A stretch of 63,332 nucleotides of DNA, the filler included, from Octopus bimaculoides (lineage: Eukaryota), in NCBI RefSeq assembly GCF_001194135.2. It is 4 parts of 4 records of this genome, joined end to end, with 100 filler letters (N's around TTAATTAATTAA, not from the genome) between each part and the next. Parts side by side here need not be neighbours in the genome. Positions count along the whole stretch, not along the records: positions 51,523 to 56,513 come from NC_068999.1; positions 56,614 to 63,332 come from NC_068984.1; 2 more parts are not named here. The stretch is one strand, 5' to 3'. The number at the start of each line of letters is the position of its first letter. Position 1 is the stretch's first letter. Shown one piece after another: positions 52,513 through 63,332 of this stretch. The notes beneath the pieces were generated by a model. That model worked only from the letters and a program-made list of their open reading frames with translations, had not been told where the DNA came from and searched no databases. The position numbers and the translations under genes are program-made.

Positions 52513-53414
52513 NNNNNNNNNNNNNNNNNNNNNNNNNNNNNNNNNNNNNNNNNNNNNNNNNNNNNNNNNNNNNNNNNNNNNNNNNNNNNNNNNNNNNNNN
52601 NNNNNNNNNNNNNNNNNNNNNNNNNNNNNNNNNNNNNNNNNNNNNNNNNNNNNNNNNNNNNNNNNNNNNNNNNNNNNNNNNNNNNNNNNNNNNNNNNNNN
52701 NNNNNNNNNNNNNNNNNNNNNNNNNNNNNNNNNNNNNNNNNNNNNNNNNNNNNNNNNNNNNNNNNNNNNNNNNNNNNNNNNNNNNNNNNNNNNNNNNNNN
52801 NNNNNNNNNNNNNNNNNNNNNNNNNNNNNNNNNNNNNNNNNNNNNNNNNNNNNNNNNNNNNNNNNNNNNNNNNNNNNNNNNNNNNNNNNNNNNNNNNNNN
52901 NNNNNNNNNNNNNNNNNNNNNNNNNNNNNNNNNNNNNNNNNNNNNNNNNNNNNNNNNNNNNNNNNNNNNNNNNNNNNNNNNNNNNNNNNNNNNNNNNNNN
53001 NNNNNNNNNNNNNNNNNNNNNNNNNNNNNNNNNNNNNNNNNNNNNNNNNNNNNNNNNNNNNNNNNNNNNNNNNNNNNNNNNNNNNNNNNNNNNNNNNNNN
53101 NNNNNNNNNNNNNNNNNNNNNNNNNNNNNNNNNNNNNNNNNNNNNNNNNNNNNNNNNNNNNNNNNNNNNNNNNNNNNNNNNNNNNNNNNNNNNNNNNNNN
53201 NNNNNNNNNNNNNNNNNNNNNNNNNNNNNNNNNNNNNNNNNNNNNNNNNNNNNNNNNNNNNNNNNNNNNNNNNNNNNNNNNNNNNNNNNNNNNNNNNNNN
53301 NNNNNNNNNNNNNNNNNNNNNNNNNNNNNNNTATATATATATATACACACACACACACACATATATATATGTGTGTGTGTATGCACATGCACACACACAC
53401 ACACACACATATAC

Positions 53415-53950
53415 ATCATTATCATCGCTTAAAGTCCGTTTCCATGCTGGCATGGGTTGGTCGGTTTGACAGGGGACTGGCAAGCCAGTAGTCTCCAATC
53501 TGATCTGGCAAGGTTTCTACAGCTGTATGCCCCTCCTAACGCCAACCACTCCAAGAGTGTAGTGGGTGCTTTTTAATTGCCACTGGCACAGGAGCCAGTC
53601 ATGTGGCACTGGCATCGACACATTCAGATGGTGCTTTTTATGTGCCACCGGCAGGGGGAGCCAATCAGGCGACACTGGCATTGACCCACGCTTGAATGGT
53701 GCTTATTATGTGCCACCAGCATGAGTGCCAGTCAGGCAGCACTGGCATCGGCCACAACTACAATTCCCATTTTGATTTTGATCTTGGTTTGCTTTTGATT
53801 TTGATGTATGACTTTTGATTTTGATTTTACTTCACTCAAAAGGTCTTCTCAAGTGCAGCGTATCACCCAATGATTCAAGGGTACTTTTAAATGGGCTGGT
53901 TATGAGACATTGGTATAGGCTCCAACTGTGATCTCACTTTACTTGCCACC
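53415..53950 (-). mobile_element. non-LTR (RTE-type) 3' UTR with ~65-70 bp tandem subrepeats and (GAT)n-like tail
   Basis: Minus-strand end ...aaacggactttaagcgatgataatgatg. Three ggtgctt(t/a)ttatgtgccacc...ctggcatc-like units at ~53566, ~53632 and ~53699. Confidence 0.65.
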
Positions 53951-53959
53951 AAAGTTCAG

Positions 53960-54390
53960 AAAGATCCTTCCCCTCTTGCTCAGAGTGAAAAGTAGACTGT
54001 ATCATGCATGTGTGAAAAGAGCCATGCTACATGGCAGTGAAACATGGGCCATGACTGTTGAGGACATGTAGGATTGAAAGAAATGGATCTAGTATGATCC
54101 GTTGGATGTGTAATGTCAGTGTGCACACATGACAGAGTGTAAATGCCCTGAGAGATATGTTGGACATAAGAAGCATCAGATGTGGTGTACAAGAGAGATG
54201 ACTGTGTAAGCATGGTCATGTACTACGTATGGATGAGGAGAGCTGTGTGAAGAAGCATCACACCCTAACAGTGGAAGGAACCAATGGACGAGGGAGACCC
54301 TGGAAAACATGGGATGAGGTGGTGAAGCATGACCTTCAAACATGGGGCCTCACAGAAGCAATGGTAGGAGATATGCTGTGATTGAGAAGA
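53960..54390 (+). mobile_element. RTE-clade LINE ORF C-terminal remnant
   Basis: RLYHACVKRAMLHGSETWAMTVED, SMIRWMCNVSV, HGHVLRMDEESCVKK, GRGRPWKTWDEVVKHDL. Confidence 0.85.
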
Positions 54391-54499
54391 CCCGGGCTAC
54401 AGCTATGATATTGGTTTTACTTGACTCAACAGGTCTTCTCAAGCATATCATATCACCTAACGCATCAGGGATACTATAAACTGGGCTGGACATGCATGG

Positions 54500-54950
54500 C
54501 TGCGATCTCACTCTGATGTCTTCGTGGACAACATTTCTAGCTGTTCCTTCTGACACATGGAGATCTTTTGCAATTGACCTCATTGACATTCTAGGATTGT
54601 AATCAATGGTCTGTTGAACTTGCTTGATAAATTCAGGTGTTCTGATGATTTCAGAGCATTTAGAATGCTTTTTATGCTTTGATACTGGTGATGGATTTCC
54701 ATATTTCCATTTTCAGTCTCTAGCTCCTTATAAACTTTGCAGACAAAAGATCTGGCAACTTTTAAAAATCAAGATATTTCTAAATTGCTATGCTCAGCTT
54801 TTATAGCCACAATAGCAGCATGCCTCTTCATTTCTTGAGTAATCTGAGGGTCTGCAATTATTATTTTCTGAAACAAAGATTATACAGAGTTAGCAAAAAG
54901 TGCAGCAATGACCCCAAAAAGGTATGTCCTCAAATAACTTACACGCCCTG

Positions 54951-54952
<2 letters not shown>
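54500..54952 (-). mobile_element. Tc1/mariner maT (DD37D/Bmmar1-like) element, 5' end and N-terminal transposase fragment
   Basis: Terminus tacagggcgtgtaag. Minus-strand MKRHAAIVAIKAEHSNLEIS, EIIRTPEFIKQVQQTIDYNPRMSMRSIAKDLHVSEGTARNVVHEDIR. The subfamily call rests on the N-terminal motif only; the catalytic triad is absent. Confidence 0.7.
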
Positions 54953-55019
<67 letters not shown>

Positions 55020-55029
55020 NNNNNNNNNN

Positions 55030-56216
55030 TGAACCATTTTGTTGCACAATGTGTCGCCTCTCCATCTTTCCTTTAACTTGAAAATACTCTCTTCCCAGAA
55101 TTGAGGTGGTTTCATGGCAAAGAATTCATCAAGGTATCTTTTTACATCATCCAAGGAATTGAAATTTTACCATTAAGACTATTCTGCAGAGACCTGAATA
55201 AGTGGAAATCCAAAGGAGCAATATCTAGTGAATATTGAGGGTGGGGTAACACATCCCAGCTGAGCTGCAGCAATTTTTGTCTGGTTCCCAAAAAACGTGT
55301 GGTCTTGCATTATCATGTTGGAAAACAACACCCTTCTTGTTGGTCAATTCTGGACATTTCTCTTGAATTGCTGCTTTTAACTCGTCCAGTTGTGTGCAGT
55401 ATTTCTCAGAATTAATTGTCTGGTTACTTGGGAGAAGCTCATAGTACAGAATTCCTTTCCAATCCCACCAGACACAAAGCAAGACTTTTTTAGTCTTGCT
55501 TTTTGTGTGGTTAAGGATGGCTCATGTTGCTTACTCCAGGATCGCTTTCTCTGAACATTTCGGTAGATAATCCATTTCTCATCACCTGTCACAATTTGCT
55601 TTAAGAAAGGCATGTCTTCATTCTGTTTATAAAGCGAATCACAGATGAAAATTCGATCCAAAAGGTTCTCACTCAACTCGTGTGGTACCCAAACATTGTA
55701 GCGATTTGTGTGTCTAAGCTTTAACAGGTCTCATGAACGACGGATTTTGATAGATTGAAGCTTTCTGCCAATTCTTGGATTGTGCAATGTGGGTTGTTCT
55801 CAATTAATGACTTGATTTGGTCATCTGCAGTGGAAGGTCTACCTGATCGCTCTTTATCAATAAGGCTACAATCTCCAGCTCAGAACCTTGTGAACCACTT
55901 CTGTACAGTTCTTTCAGATAAAGAAACATCACTGTAAACTGCATATATTTCTTTGGTTGCTTGTGAGGCATTTTTCCCCTTACGGAAAAAGAAAAGCATG
56001 AAGTGCCGAAAATGAACTTTCTTATCTTCCATTTTAAAGAGTTACAGAATTAACACAGGTTATAGGAACATAAACCTTTTTCCAAGAAAATATAGCTTAA
56101 ATTGTGCTCTAAATGGAGGTGTAGTCAAATCCTATTTTATAGACTCAACCATGCTCTAAAATAAGTCGAAAGGCAAGCTACTATAAATCAGCACGAACTT
56201 TCCGGACAGCCCAATA
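55030..56216 (-). mobile_element. near full-length mariner, mellifera-subfamily-like, frameshifted
   Basis: 5' TIR tattgggctgtccggaaagttcgtgctgattt ending at 56216. ATG at 56032 gives MEDKKVHFRHFMLFLFRKG. Then VWVPHEL, IVTGDEKWIIY, CVWWDWKGILYYELL, FQHDNARPH, WDVLPHPQYSLDIAPLDFHLFRSLQNSL, DDVKRYLDEFF. The 3' end runs into a gap. Confidence 0.93.
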
Positions 56217-56224
56217 TATATATA

Positions 56225-56440
56225 TGTACTCTTTATTCTTTTATTCTTTTACGTGTTTCAGTCATTTGACTACAGCCATGCTGGAGCATTGCCTTTAGTC
56301 GAATGAATTGACCCCAGGACTTATTCTTCATAAGCCGAATACTTATTCTATCAGCCTCTTTTGCTGAACCACTAAGTTATGGGGATGCAAACAAACCAAC
56401 ATAGGTTGTCAAGTGATAGTGAGGGGACAAGCATAGATAC
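56225..56440 (-). mobile_element. SINE family B 3' half
   Basis: tttcagtcatttgactacagccatgctggagc ... gctgaaccactaagttatgggga. Confidence 0.85.
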
Positions 56441-56462
56441 ACAAACATATACATATATATAT

Positions 56463-56513
<51 letters not shown>

Positions 56514-56621
56514 NNNNNNNNNNNNNNNNNNNNNNNNNNNNNNNNNNNNNNNNNNNNTTAATTAATTAANNNNNNNNNNNNNNNNNNNNNNNNNNNNNNN
56601 NNNNNNNNNNNNNCAGTATTA

Positions 56622-57790
56622 AGACGGCTAGCTGGCAGAATCGTTAGCACACTGAGTACAATGCCTAGTGATAGTTCGTCTGTGTTTACGTTCTGGCTTG
56701 AAACGCCGCCGGAGTCGATTTTGTTTTTTATCCTTTCGGGATTAATGAAATGAATACTAGTTGTGCACTGGGGTTGATGTAATCGACTAACTCTTTTCCC
56801 CAAATTTTAGGCGTTGTGCCTAAAATAGAAAGGATTATTATTATTGTTGTTGCTGTTAAGGCGGCTAGCAGAATCATTAGCACGCCGGACAAAATGCTTT
56901 ATAGCATCTCGTTCCTCTCTCTCTTCTGAGTTCAAATTCCACCGAAGTTGACTTTGCTTGTCATCCTTTCGCAGTCTATAATATAAATACTAATTGAGTA
57001 CTGGATTTGATGTAATCAACTAGCTCCTTCCTCATAAATTTTAGGCCTCATTATTTTCAACAATTTTATGCGAGGTTCTAACACACTACCAGTTGCACTT
57101 CTATTTTTGCCGAAGTGTGTGTAGTTTAGTCCTTTGAAGAATAGGTTCTTCATTTGTACACGTGTCAGCTTTGATGCGAGTTGAAATGTTGTACCTGGTG
57201 TTATACTAGCGTATCGCCTATTAAATAGAGTATATGCAGAATAATTTATGTTATTTTCTTAGGTGGTGTTTCGTGTGTTCTATGTAATTTCTGTTAAATG
57301 TTTTAGTGCCAAGCTGTAATATAGAATATGTGGTGTGTTATGGGTAGCAGAAGTGTAGAATATTAGTTATATGAATTGTGGTAGTGTCGAGTATCTATTA
57401 TGTAGCTTTAACTGGGGTTGATCACGAGTTGCATGAATTAAGCTATTAAAATATCCAGCGTAGGATGTAAAATGTGCATAACAAAGTTATTTTTGGATGG
57501 TAACTTTGTGAGCCTAGCGTGTTTATATTGTTTTAATCATACACAAGATATTATTGTTAGTGGTTTTTAGGGCGATGAGCTGGCATAGTCGTTGCTGCAC
57601 CAGAAAGGATGTTTAGCGGGAGCTCATCCGACCCATTATATTCTGAGTTCAACTTCCGCCGACGTCGACTTTGCTTTTTATCCTTTCGGGTCGATAAAAT
57701 AAGTAGCTGTTGAATTCCGAAGTAATCGATGTAATCGACTGACCTCCTTCCTTAAAAGTGCTGGCCTTGTGCCAAAATTTAAATCCATTA
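56622..57790 (+). mobile_element. SINE family A monomers (56622-56835, 56857-57048 tandem; 57568-57790)
   Basis: Family-A head, body and gaaaggattattatt tail. Confidence 0.85.
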
Positions 57791-58249
57791 TTTTGAGCGT
57801 TTTTACTTGCATGATCCATCTCAGTCTCAAAATCCTTGTATTTTTATAGTTTCTTCACCTCTTTTCAAGAAAATGGTCATAAAATGCTTGTAAATGTTCA
57901 GATATTTGTTCCAGTTCCAAATATCCCAGCGATAGTGAATCGTTTAAGTCGGTTTCTTGAAATTTTTATCGTTAAATATGTCATTGATTCAACAAGTAAT
58001 TATTTTTTTTAATGAGCATGTTATTGCAGTGTCACATGTATACATTTCTTTTAGTATTAAGGAAATGATTATAGGAACTGTCTCATTTTCTTATATATTC
58101 ATAAAACTATAACGTTTAATAAACTATAACTAGCAACTTTAAAATCTATTTATAAAATGAGAATATTAAAAATGAAAATAAGTCAGTTTAATATTAATGA
58201 TTTTTTTGGTAGATTTCCAAAAGACGATTTATGAGAGGTGTATAGAGTG

Positions 58250-59345
58250 TACATTTAATACTATGTGCTTTGACAGCCCTTAAGCCATCACACATTCTAT
58301 TTCACATCGTTTTCATGATTTTAAATATTATTTAATGTTGAGAGCAATGTTTCATATGAATACCCTGTTGAGAAAATTTTTAAGAATGTTTCTGCAAGAA
58401 TTTTCAAAGCATTAAAATTTCCGGAAATGCAATTTCACACTCTTATTAATTACGGCATTAATGTATTATCGACGATTACTTGTACATATTCATGGCCAGC
58501 TCCTTCCAAATCAGCTCTAAGTGTAATGAAGTGTTGCTTCCAAATAGAATTAGCTCGAAATTTTCCCAATTGCATTTCTAAAGCTCTTAAATCCAACCAT
58601 CCAAACGCAATTAATTTCAGGTCTCCGAAATCTGCTTCAAGATATTCTATAAATTGTATTGTTTTCTCTATCTGAATTGCACAAATCTAGAAAAAAAACA
58701 CCCTCTTCAAAACGGACCTTAAATCTTCTATAAACTATTTTGCACGTTGTTTAAGGTGATTACGGCTGATCTAAAAAAAAATTGCTTTAACTTTTTACAA
58801 GCAATTAACACGTTTAAAAGTCTTAATTATGTTGAAATATGCCGAGTTTACTTTCACAGCTCAGATTGAAGCCAAACTTTACTTCGATAAATTTCTCTAA
58901 ACTTTGTGATATAATATTAAAAACCAATAAAAACTTAATACTTAATGTTTAAAATAGTTTGATTTCGTTTAAAAATTCATCAAACTACCCAAGTACTTGA
59001 CCATTATAAATCATTATAAATCATAATACAATTGTAAACTAATTCAACTTTATTTAAAATTAAAATCGAATCCTCCTTTATTTGAACCTCTGGAATCTAT
59101 CAAATTAACTTTCATTGTCACAACTTCCATCACATCATCGAAATCTTTAAAGCCTACTCACATATAGAAACAAGAGAATTTATAGCAGTTTTTTTTAAAG
59201 TGCTTTAAAGTGCTTTACAAAATATTTTGGTTGATCATATTTGGGGCACCATCAATTGTTAAAAAAACCCGCTTATTTTAACATTGCGTTAATGCATGTC
59301 TTTTCCGGCATCTCTTGAGGCAAATTTCCTAACATAATCAACTCT
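58250..59345 (-). mobile_element. hAT transposase pseudogene (GTF2IRD2/Charlie-like group)
   Basis: Minus strand: DGAPNM (59236-59255), GQVLG*FDEFLNEIKLF, KTIQFIEY..DFGDL..FGWLDLRALEMQLGKFRANSIWKQHFITLRADLE, ALKILAETFLKIFSTGYSYETLLS (dimerisation-domain-like). Confidence 0.75.
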
Positions 59346-59479
59346 CTGGATAGAATTATATATATATATATATATACATATATATAAAATTTAGGGTGGC
59401 GCTGAAAAATTACTCTACTGGTTTTAATTATCTTTTCTTTTCGTAGTGATAGTTTTTTTTAATTCTGATTTGTCATGGC

Positions 59480-60400
59480 TGATGTTTTTTGTTAATATTA
59501 GGGGGTGCTTTGTTTATGTAGAATGTCACAGCACTCTAGGAGTGTGGAATGCTATCATATACTTTTTTAGTATTTGCTCCAGGCTATTCTAAGATTTGTT
59601 TTTCTCTTTTTTTTTTATTACTCTTTCCAATTATTCCATTAACCTGTACCTGCTCTTTACAACTATGCATCCTTCCGACACCATTCCTGTCTATCTAGTA
59701 AAATACTTGCTGTCTACATGTCGTATATTACCGGCTTGTTATAAAATAGGACTGTAAGAGCTTTGTACATTGTTGGCAAGAGGGTTATAAGCCTACAGTT
59801 TTAGGGGTCTCTAATACTTTTGTTTTGAGGAATTAATGCTGTGTTCCTTTCCAGCAACTAATAAGGTATTGATTTTGGTTTGTGTACTGTTTCATTGAAA
59901 GCTATTATAGTACCATGTACCAAAAAACAGGAAACCTTGTCATATTCAGATTGTTTTCCTTTGTATGCAGTCCTTAATGTTTTGGTATCTGTTAGATGAT
60001 TATTTCCTTAGCTCCACATTCTCACACGTACCCAGTATGTGTCGATATCCGTTGGTGTTAGGTTGATTTCCAGCATCATGGACTTTTTGTTGAAGTCCAC
60101 GTAAAATTTTTTGATATTTGATTGAAGTACTATGTTCTTGCGATTGAAGATTTTGCTGATATATAAATATTTAAACACTGCTTTGGCTACTAAATTATTA
60201 TCTTTGGTGCACACTTTTTGTTACTTGGATCGTTTTTTTGGCCTGTTCGATCTTTTCATTTCCATTTTGTTGAGCTAAGATTGATTTTTCTTCCTACATT
60301 CAATTTTAAGTATCATGCTTTCTTACTATTTTTTTTCAGGGTAGGATTTGGTCGAGTGTCTATTGGGATCAAGTCCAGCTTTCCTCAATACTACCACTGC
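59480..60400 (-). mobile_element. R4/Dong-clade LINE reverse-transcriptase N-terminal region, degenerate
   Basis: Minus strand, frameshifted: KKFYVDFNKK...IDTYW, DP*NCRLIT.LPTMYKALT, QEWCRKDA.SCKEQ.QVN, NLRIAWSKY*KVYDSIPHS. This matches R4/Dong 'NYRPITCLPTMYK...QKGCRRGSYGCKDQL...NLSTAWIDYKKAFDSVPH'. Confidence 0.75.
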
Positions 60401-60446
60401 TACTGCATAGATTCTATCATTAAATCTTTGTTAATATTTGGCAGTT

Positions 60447-61112
60447 TAAAGTGGCGAGCTGGCAGAATTGTTACCGCACCGGAAAAATGGTTAGCAGCTT
60501 TTCTTTCGACTTTACGCTCTGAGTTCAAATGCCATTGGGGTCGACTTTGCCTGTCAACCTTTCGGAGTCAATAAAATAAATAACACTTGAACACTGGGGT
60601 AGATGTAACTGATTTATTCCTTCCCCTGAAATTACTGGTCTTGTACCAAAATTTGAAACCGATATTTGGGCAATTTGAAAGTCGGTGAAATGGCAAAACC
60701 GTTATCACGCTGGACACAATGCTTAGCAACATTTCGTCCGCCTTTACTTTATGAATTCAAATTCAGCCGGGGTTGACTTTGCCTTTCATTCTTTCGGAGT
60801 TGATATAATAAGCACCAGTTGAGCACTGGGTGTCGATTCAATCGATTATCCCCCTACCACCAAAATTTCTGGTCTTGTGTCGAAATTTGAAACCATTATT
60901 TTAGGCGATGAGCAGGCAGAATCGTTAGCATACTGGGTAAAATGCTTAGCGGTATTTCGCCCGTCTTTACGTTCTTAGTTTATTTTCCGCCGAGGTCGAC
61001 TTTGCCTTTCATCCTTTTTGGGTCGATAAATTAAGTGCCAGTTGAGTACTAGGGTCGATGCAATCGACTATCCTGTCCCCCAAACTTCAGGCCTTGTGCC
61101 TATAGAAGAAAG
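60447..61112 (+). mobile_element. three head-to-tail SINE family A monomers
   Basis: Heads at ~60447, ~60680 and ~60903, each followed by body and ggtcttgt/ggccttgt tail. Confidence 0.88.
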
Positions 61113-61917
61113 TATTATTATTGTTATTATGTTGATGTGTACGGATATCTTCGTGATAACGCAAAAAGTTTGATTTAACTACAATGTACTTGATGAAGGA
61201 AAATATTTTCTTTATTTCATTTTGTAATCAAGAGAATGTTGAACATTTACTCGTTTACTCTCGAGGAAAAGCCTGCATTTAGATGATTATATATATATAT
61301 TTAAAAACGATATTTACTGGTAATTTAATATGGTTTCTTCTGTAAGAACAGGAAGAGGTGCTGGTGAGATACTTCCTTAAAAATATTGGAAACATTAATG
61401 CAGCCTTTTAAAGACCATAAAACTCCCCAGGAAAAACGTACACATCTAAACAAGCAAATAACACAAATTTTCACTTAAAAAAACGAAACAAATAATATTT
61501 GTAATAATCGTTTTTAACATAGGCAGAAAGCTAGAAATTTGGGGTAGTGGTTAGAGAGCTAGATGATTAAATCGTACCTAGTTCCTGATTAGTTCTTTAA
61601 TTTTAGCCGACTCCGGAGGGATGAAAGGTAAAGTTTATCATAGTAGGATTTGAACACTGAAAAACAAATATTGCAAGTGCCCTAACAAGATTTCTAACAA
61701 CGTTAACAGGTAGAACAATGGTAGCAATTTGCTAGTATTGCTAATAAGAAGGAGATGATGAAGATAGGTCGGCTTCCAGAAAAGAACATGAGAGATGCAT
61801 ATCATAAAATACATGTATAAACGGTGAAGAAGGAAATTTACTAGCTTAATTTTTTTTAAATAAAGAGGGTGAAAGAAATAAAGTGGTTTTCATATTTCCT
61901 CAAAGAAGCAATTACAG

Positions 61918-62002
61918 GATGTTGTTGGTGTGTACGGTACTTACTCCATCGACCGGAAGGTGCATATGGGAGTGGATTCTTGGTTTGCAAATCGAGGACG
62001 AG
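61918..62002 (+). CDS. candidate isolated internal exon of an unidentified gene
   Basis: Flanked by ttacag| (alternative ctcaaag| before 61906, after a short pyrimidine tract) and a consensus donor GAG|gtaagt. Non-repetitive and stop-free. One frame reads DVVGVYGTYSIDRKVHMGVDSWFANRGR. No family recognised. Confidence 0.3.
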
Positions 62003-62377
62003 GTAAGTTGGTGCGTTACATTCTTACTCATATGTGGATGTCACAGTAGGCAGGAAGTAAAGGGGTAACTGGCACGTAGGGTCTTATGGACATGCATGTC
62101 TTAATGGTCTCTGAAAATCACAAAGCCATTTCTGATCTATGATCCATCATGGGACCGAAAATGAAAGCAATTAAACTGTTAGCCTGCTCCTTATATGTGT
62201 GAATGAAGAGATACTCGAGAGCTTTCTGTCCAGAAAAGGTTGAAAAGCAAAGTAAAGGAAAATGGTAGGCAACAACAGAGGTAGCAATAAGAATATGAAG
62301 ATCGAAAAACCCATCACATCGACCAGCTCCTCCCCAAAATGTCAGGGCTTGTGTCAATAATAGAGAGAATTAGTATT

Positions 62378-62583
62378 GAGCTAGCAGAATCTTTAGCACG
62401 CCGGACAAAATACTTGGCGGTATTTCATCCGTCGTTATGATCTGTGTTCAAATTCCGCCGAGGTCGACTTTGCCTTTAGTCCTTTCGGTGTCGATAAATT
62501 AAGTACCATTCAGGCACTGGGGTCGATGTAATCAACTATGCCCCTTCCCACAAATTTCAGGCCTCTTGACAATGGTAGAAAGG

Positions 62584-62642
<59 letters not shown>

Positions 62643-63088
62643 CATCATTATTATTATTATTATTATTATTGTTATTATAGTTGTTGTTGTTGCTAAAGCA
62701 GAGTGCTGGCAGAATCGTTAGCACGCTGGGAAAAATGCCTCGCAGCATTTCGTCCATTTTGTACTGAGTTCAAATTCCATCGAGACCGACTTTACCTTTC
62801 ATCCTTTCGGATGGGGTTTGTGTAATGAACTAGTCCCCTCCCCCAAACTTTCAGGCCTTGTGCCTTTAGTAGAAAAGGGATTATTATTATTGTTGTTGTT
62901 CTTGTTAAGGTGGAGAGCTGGCAAAATTGTTACCGCGCCGGGCAAAATGCTTAGCGACATTTCATCCGTTTTTACGTTCTGAGTTCAAATTCTGGCGGGG
63001 TCGACTTTGGCCTTCAAACTTTTGGGGGTCAATGTAATCGACTTACCCCTCCCCCAAATTTCAGGCCTTGTACCTATAGTAGAAAAGA
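62378..63088 (+). mobile_element. three head-to-tail SINE family A monomers separated by (ATT)n/(GTT)n tails
   Basis: 62378-62585, 62700-62880 and 62907-63088. Long (TTA)n at 62585-62680. Confidence 0.9.
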
Positions 63089-63332
63089 TTATTATTATTA
63101 TTATTTTATGTTTGACTTTTGTTTTGTATTTGTACAAGTTGGATCCAAGTCTCACCCAGAGACCTCAAGAGACAACAAGTTAGAAGTTCATGTAGGTGTT
63201 ATGCCTAGGGTACCATATATTTGGATTTGTACAGTTTTGTTCAAGTGAATGTTTAAGAAACCATAAGAAAATTATGTTTGCTTTAAAATTTGAGATCACA
63301 TAGACAGTATTTTACGTAGGATATGGGCAGTT
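63088..63332 (-). mobile_element. R4/Dong-clade LINE 3' end (second family) with (TAA)n tail
   Basis: Minus strand 63331-63296 encodes TAHILRKILSM*. A ~190-nt 3' UTR follows, ending aaaagtcaaacataaaataataataat. Continues beyond the window edge. Confidence 0.85.

Noticed and set aside
57050-57560. Possible Penelope-like N-terminal fragment (KGLNY) on the minus strand
   Set aside because: A single short motif is not enough to call.

Overview
Eukaryotic (animal) genomic DNA. It is AT-rich, dense in microsatellites, has many N gaps, and contains no recognisable complete protein-coding gene. The SINE families resemble those of octopus/cephalopod genomes, which is an inference from recognition and not a database result. 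Almost all long ORFs in the supplied track are artefacts of simple repeats and N runs. The real content is a transposon graveyard: three tRNA-headed SINE families (dozens of copies, several in head-to-tail arrays), six Tc1/mariner remnants (including Hsmar1/cecropia-like, mellifera-like and maT/DD37D-like), a hAT transposase remnant, and LINE fragments of R4/Dong (three), RTE, Ingi/Vingi and L1/Tx1 type, plus Penelope-like termini. The most notable observations are: (1) a full-length dispersed 5S rRNA copy fused to a SINE/LINE-type 3' tail, a candidate 5S-headed SINE; (2) a ~24-bp minisatellite built on the CRE palindrome TGACGTCA; (3) R4/Dong 3' ends sitting in (TAA)n tracts, one of which is a SINE tail, alongside other 3' ends anchored in (CATA)n and (TA)n; (4) an interstitial (CCCTAA)n tract attached to a CpG-rich internally repeated element; (5) one isolated exon-like segment near 61.9 kb.
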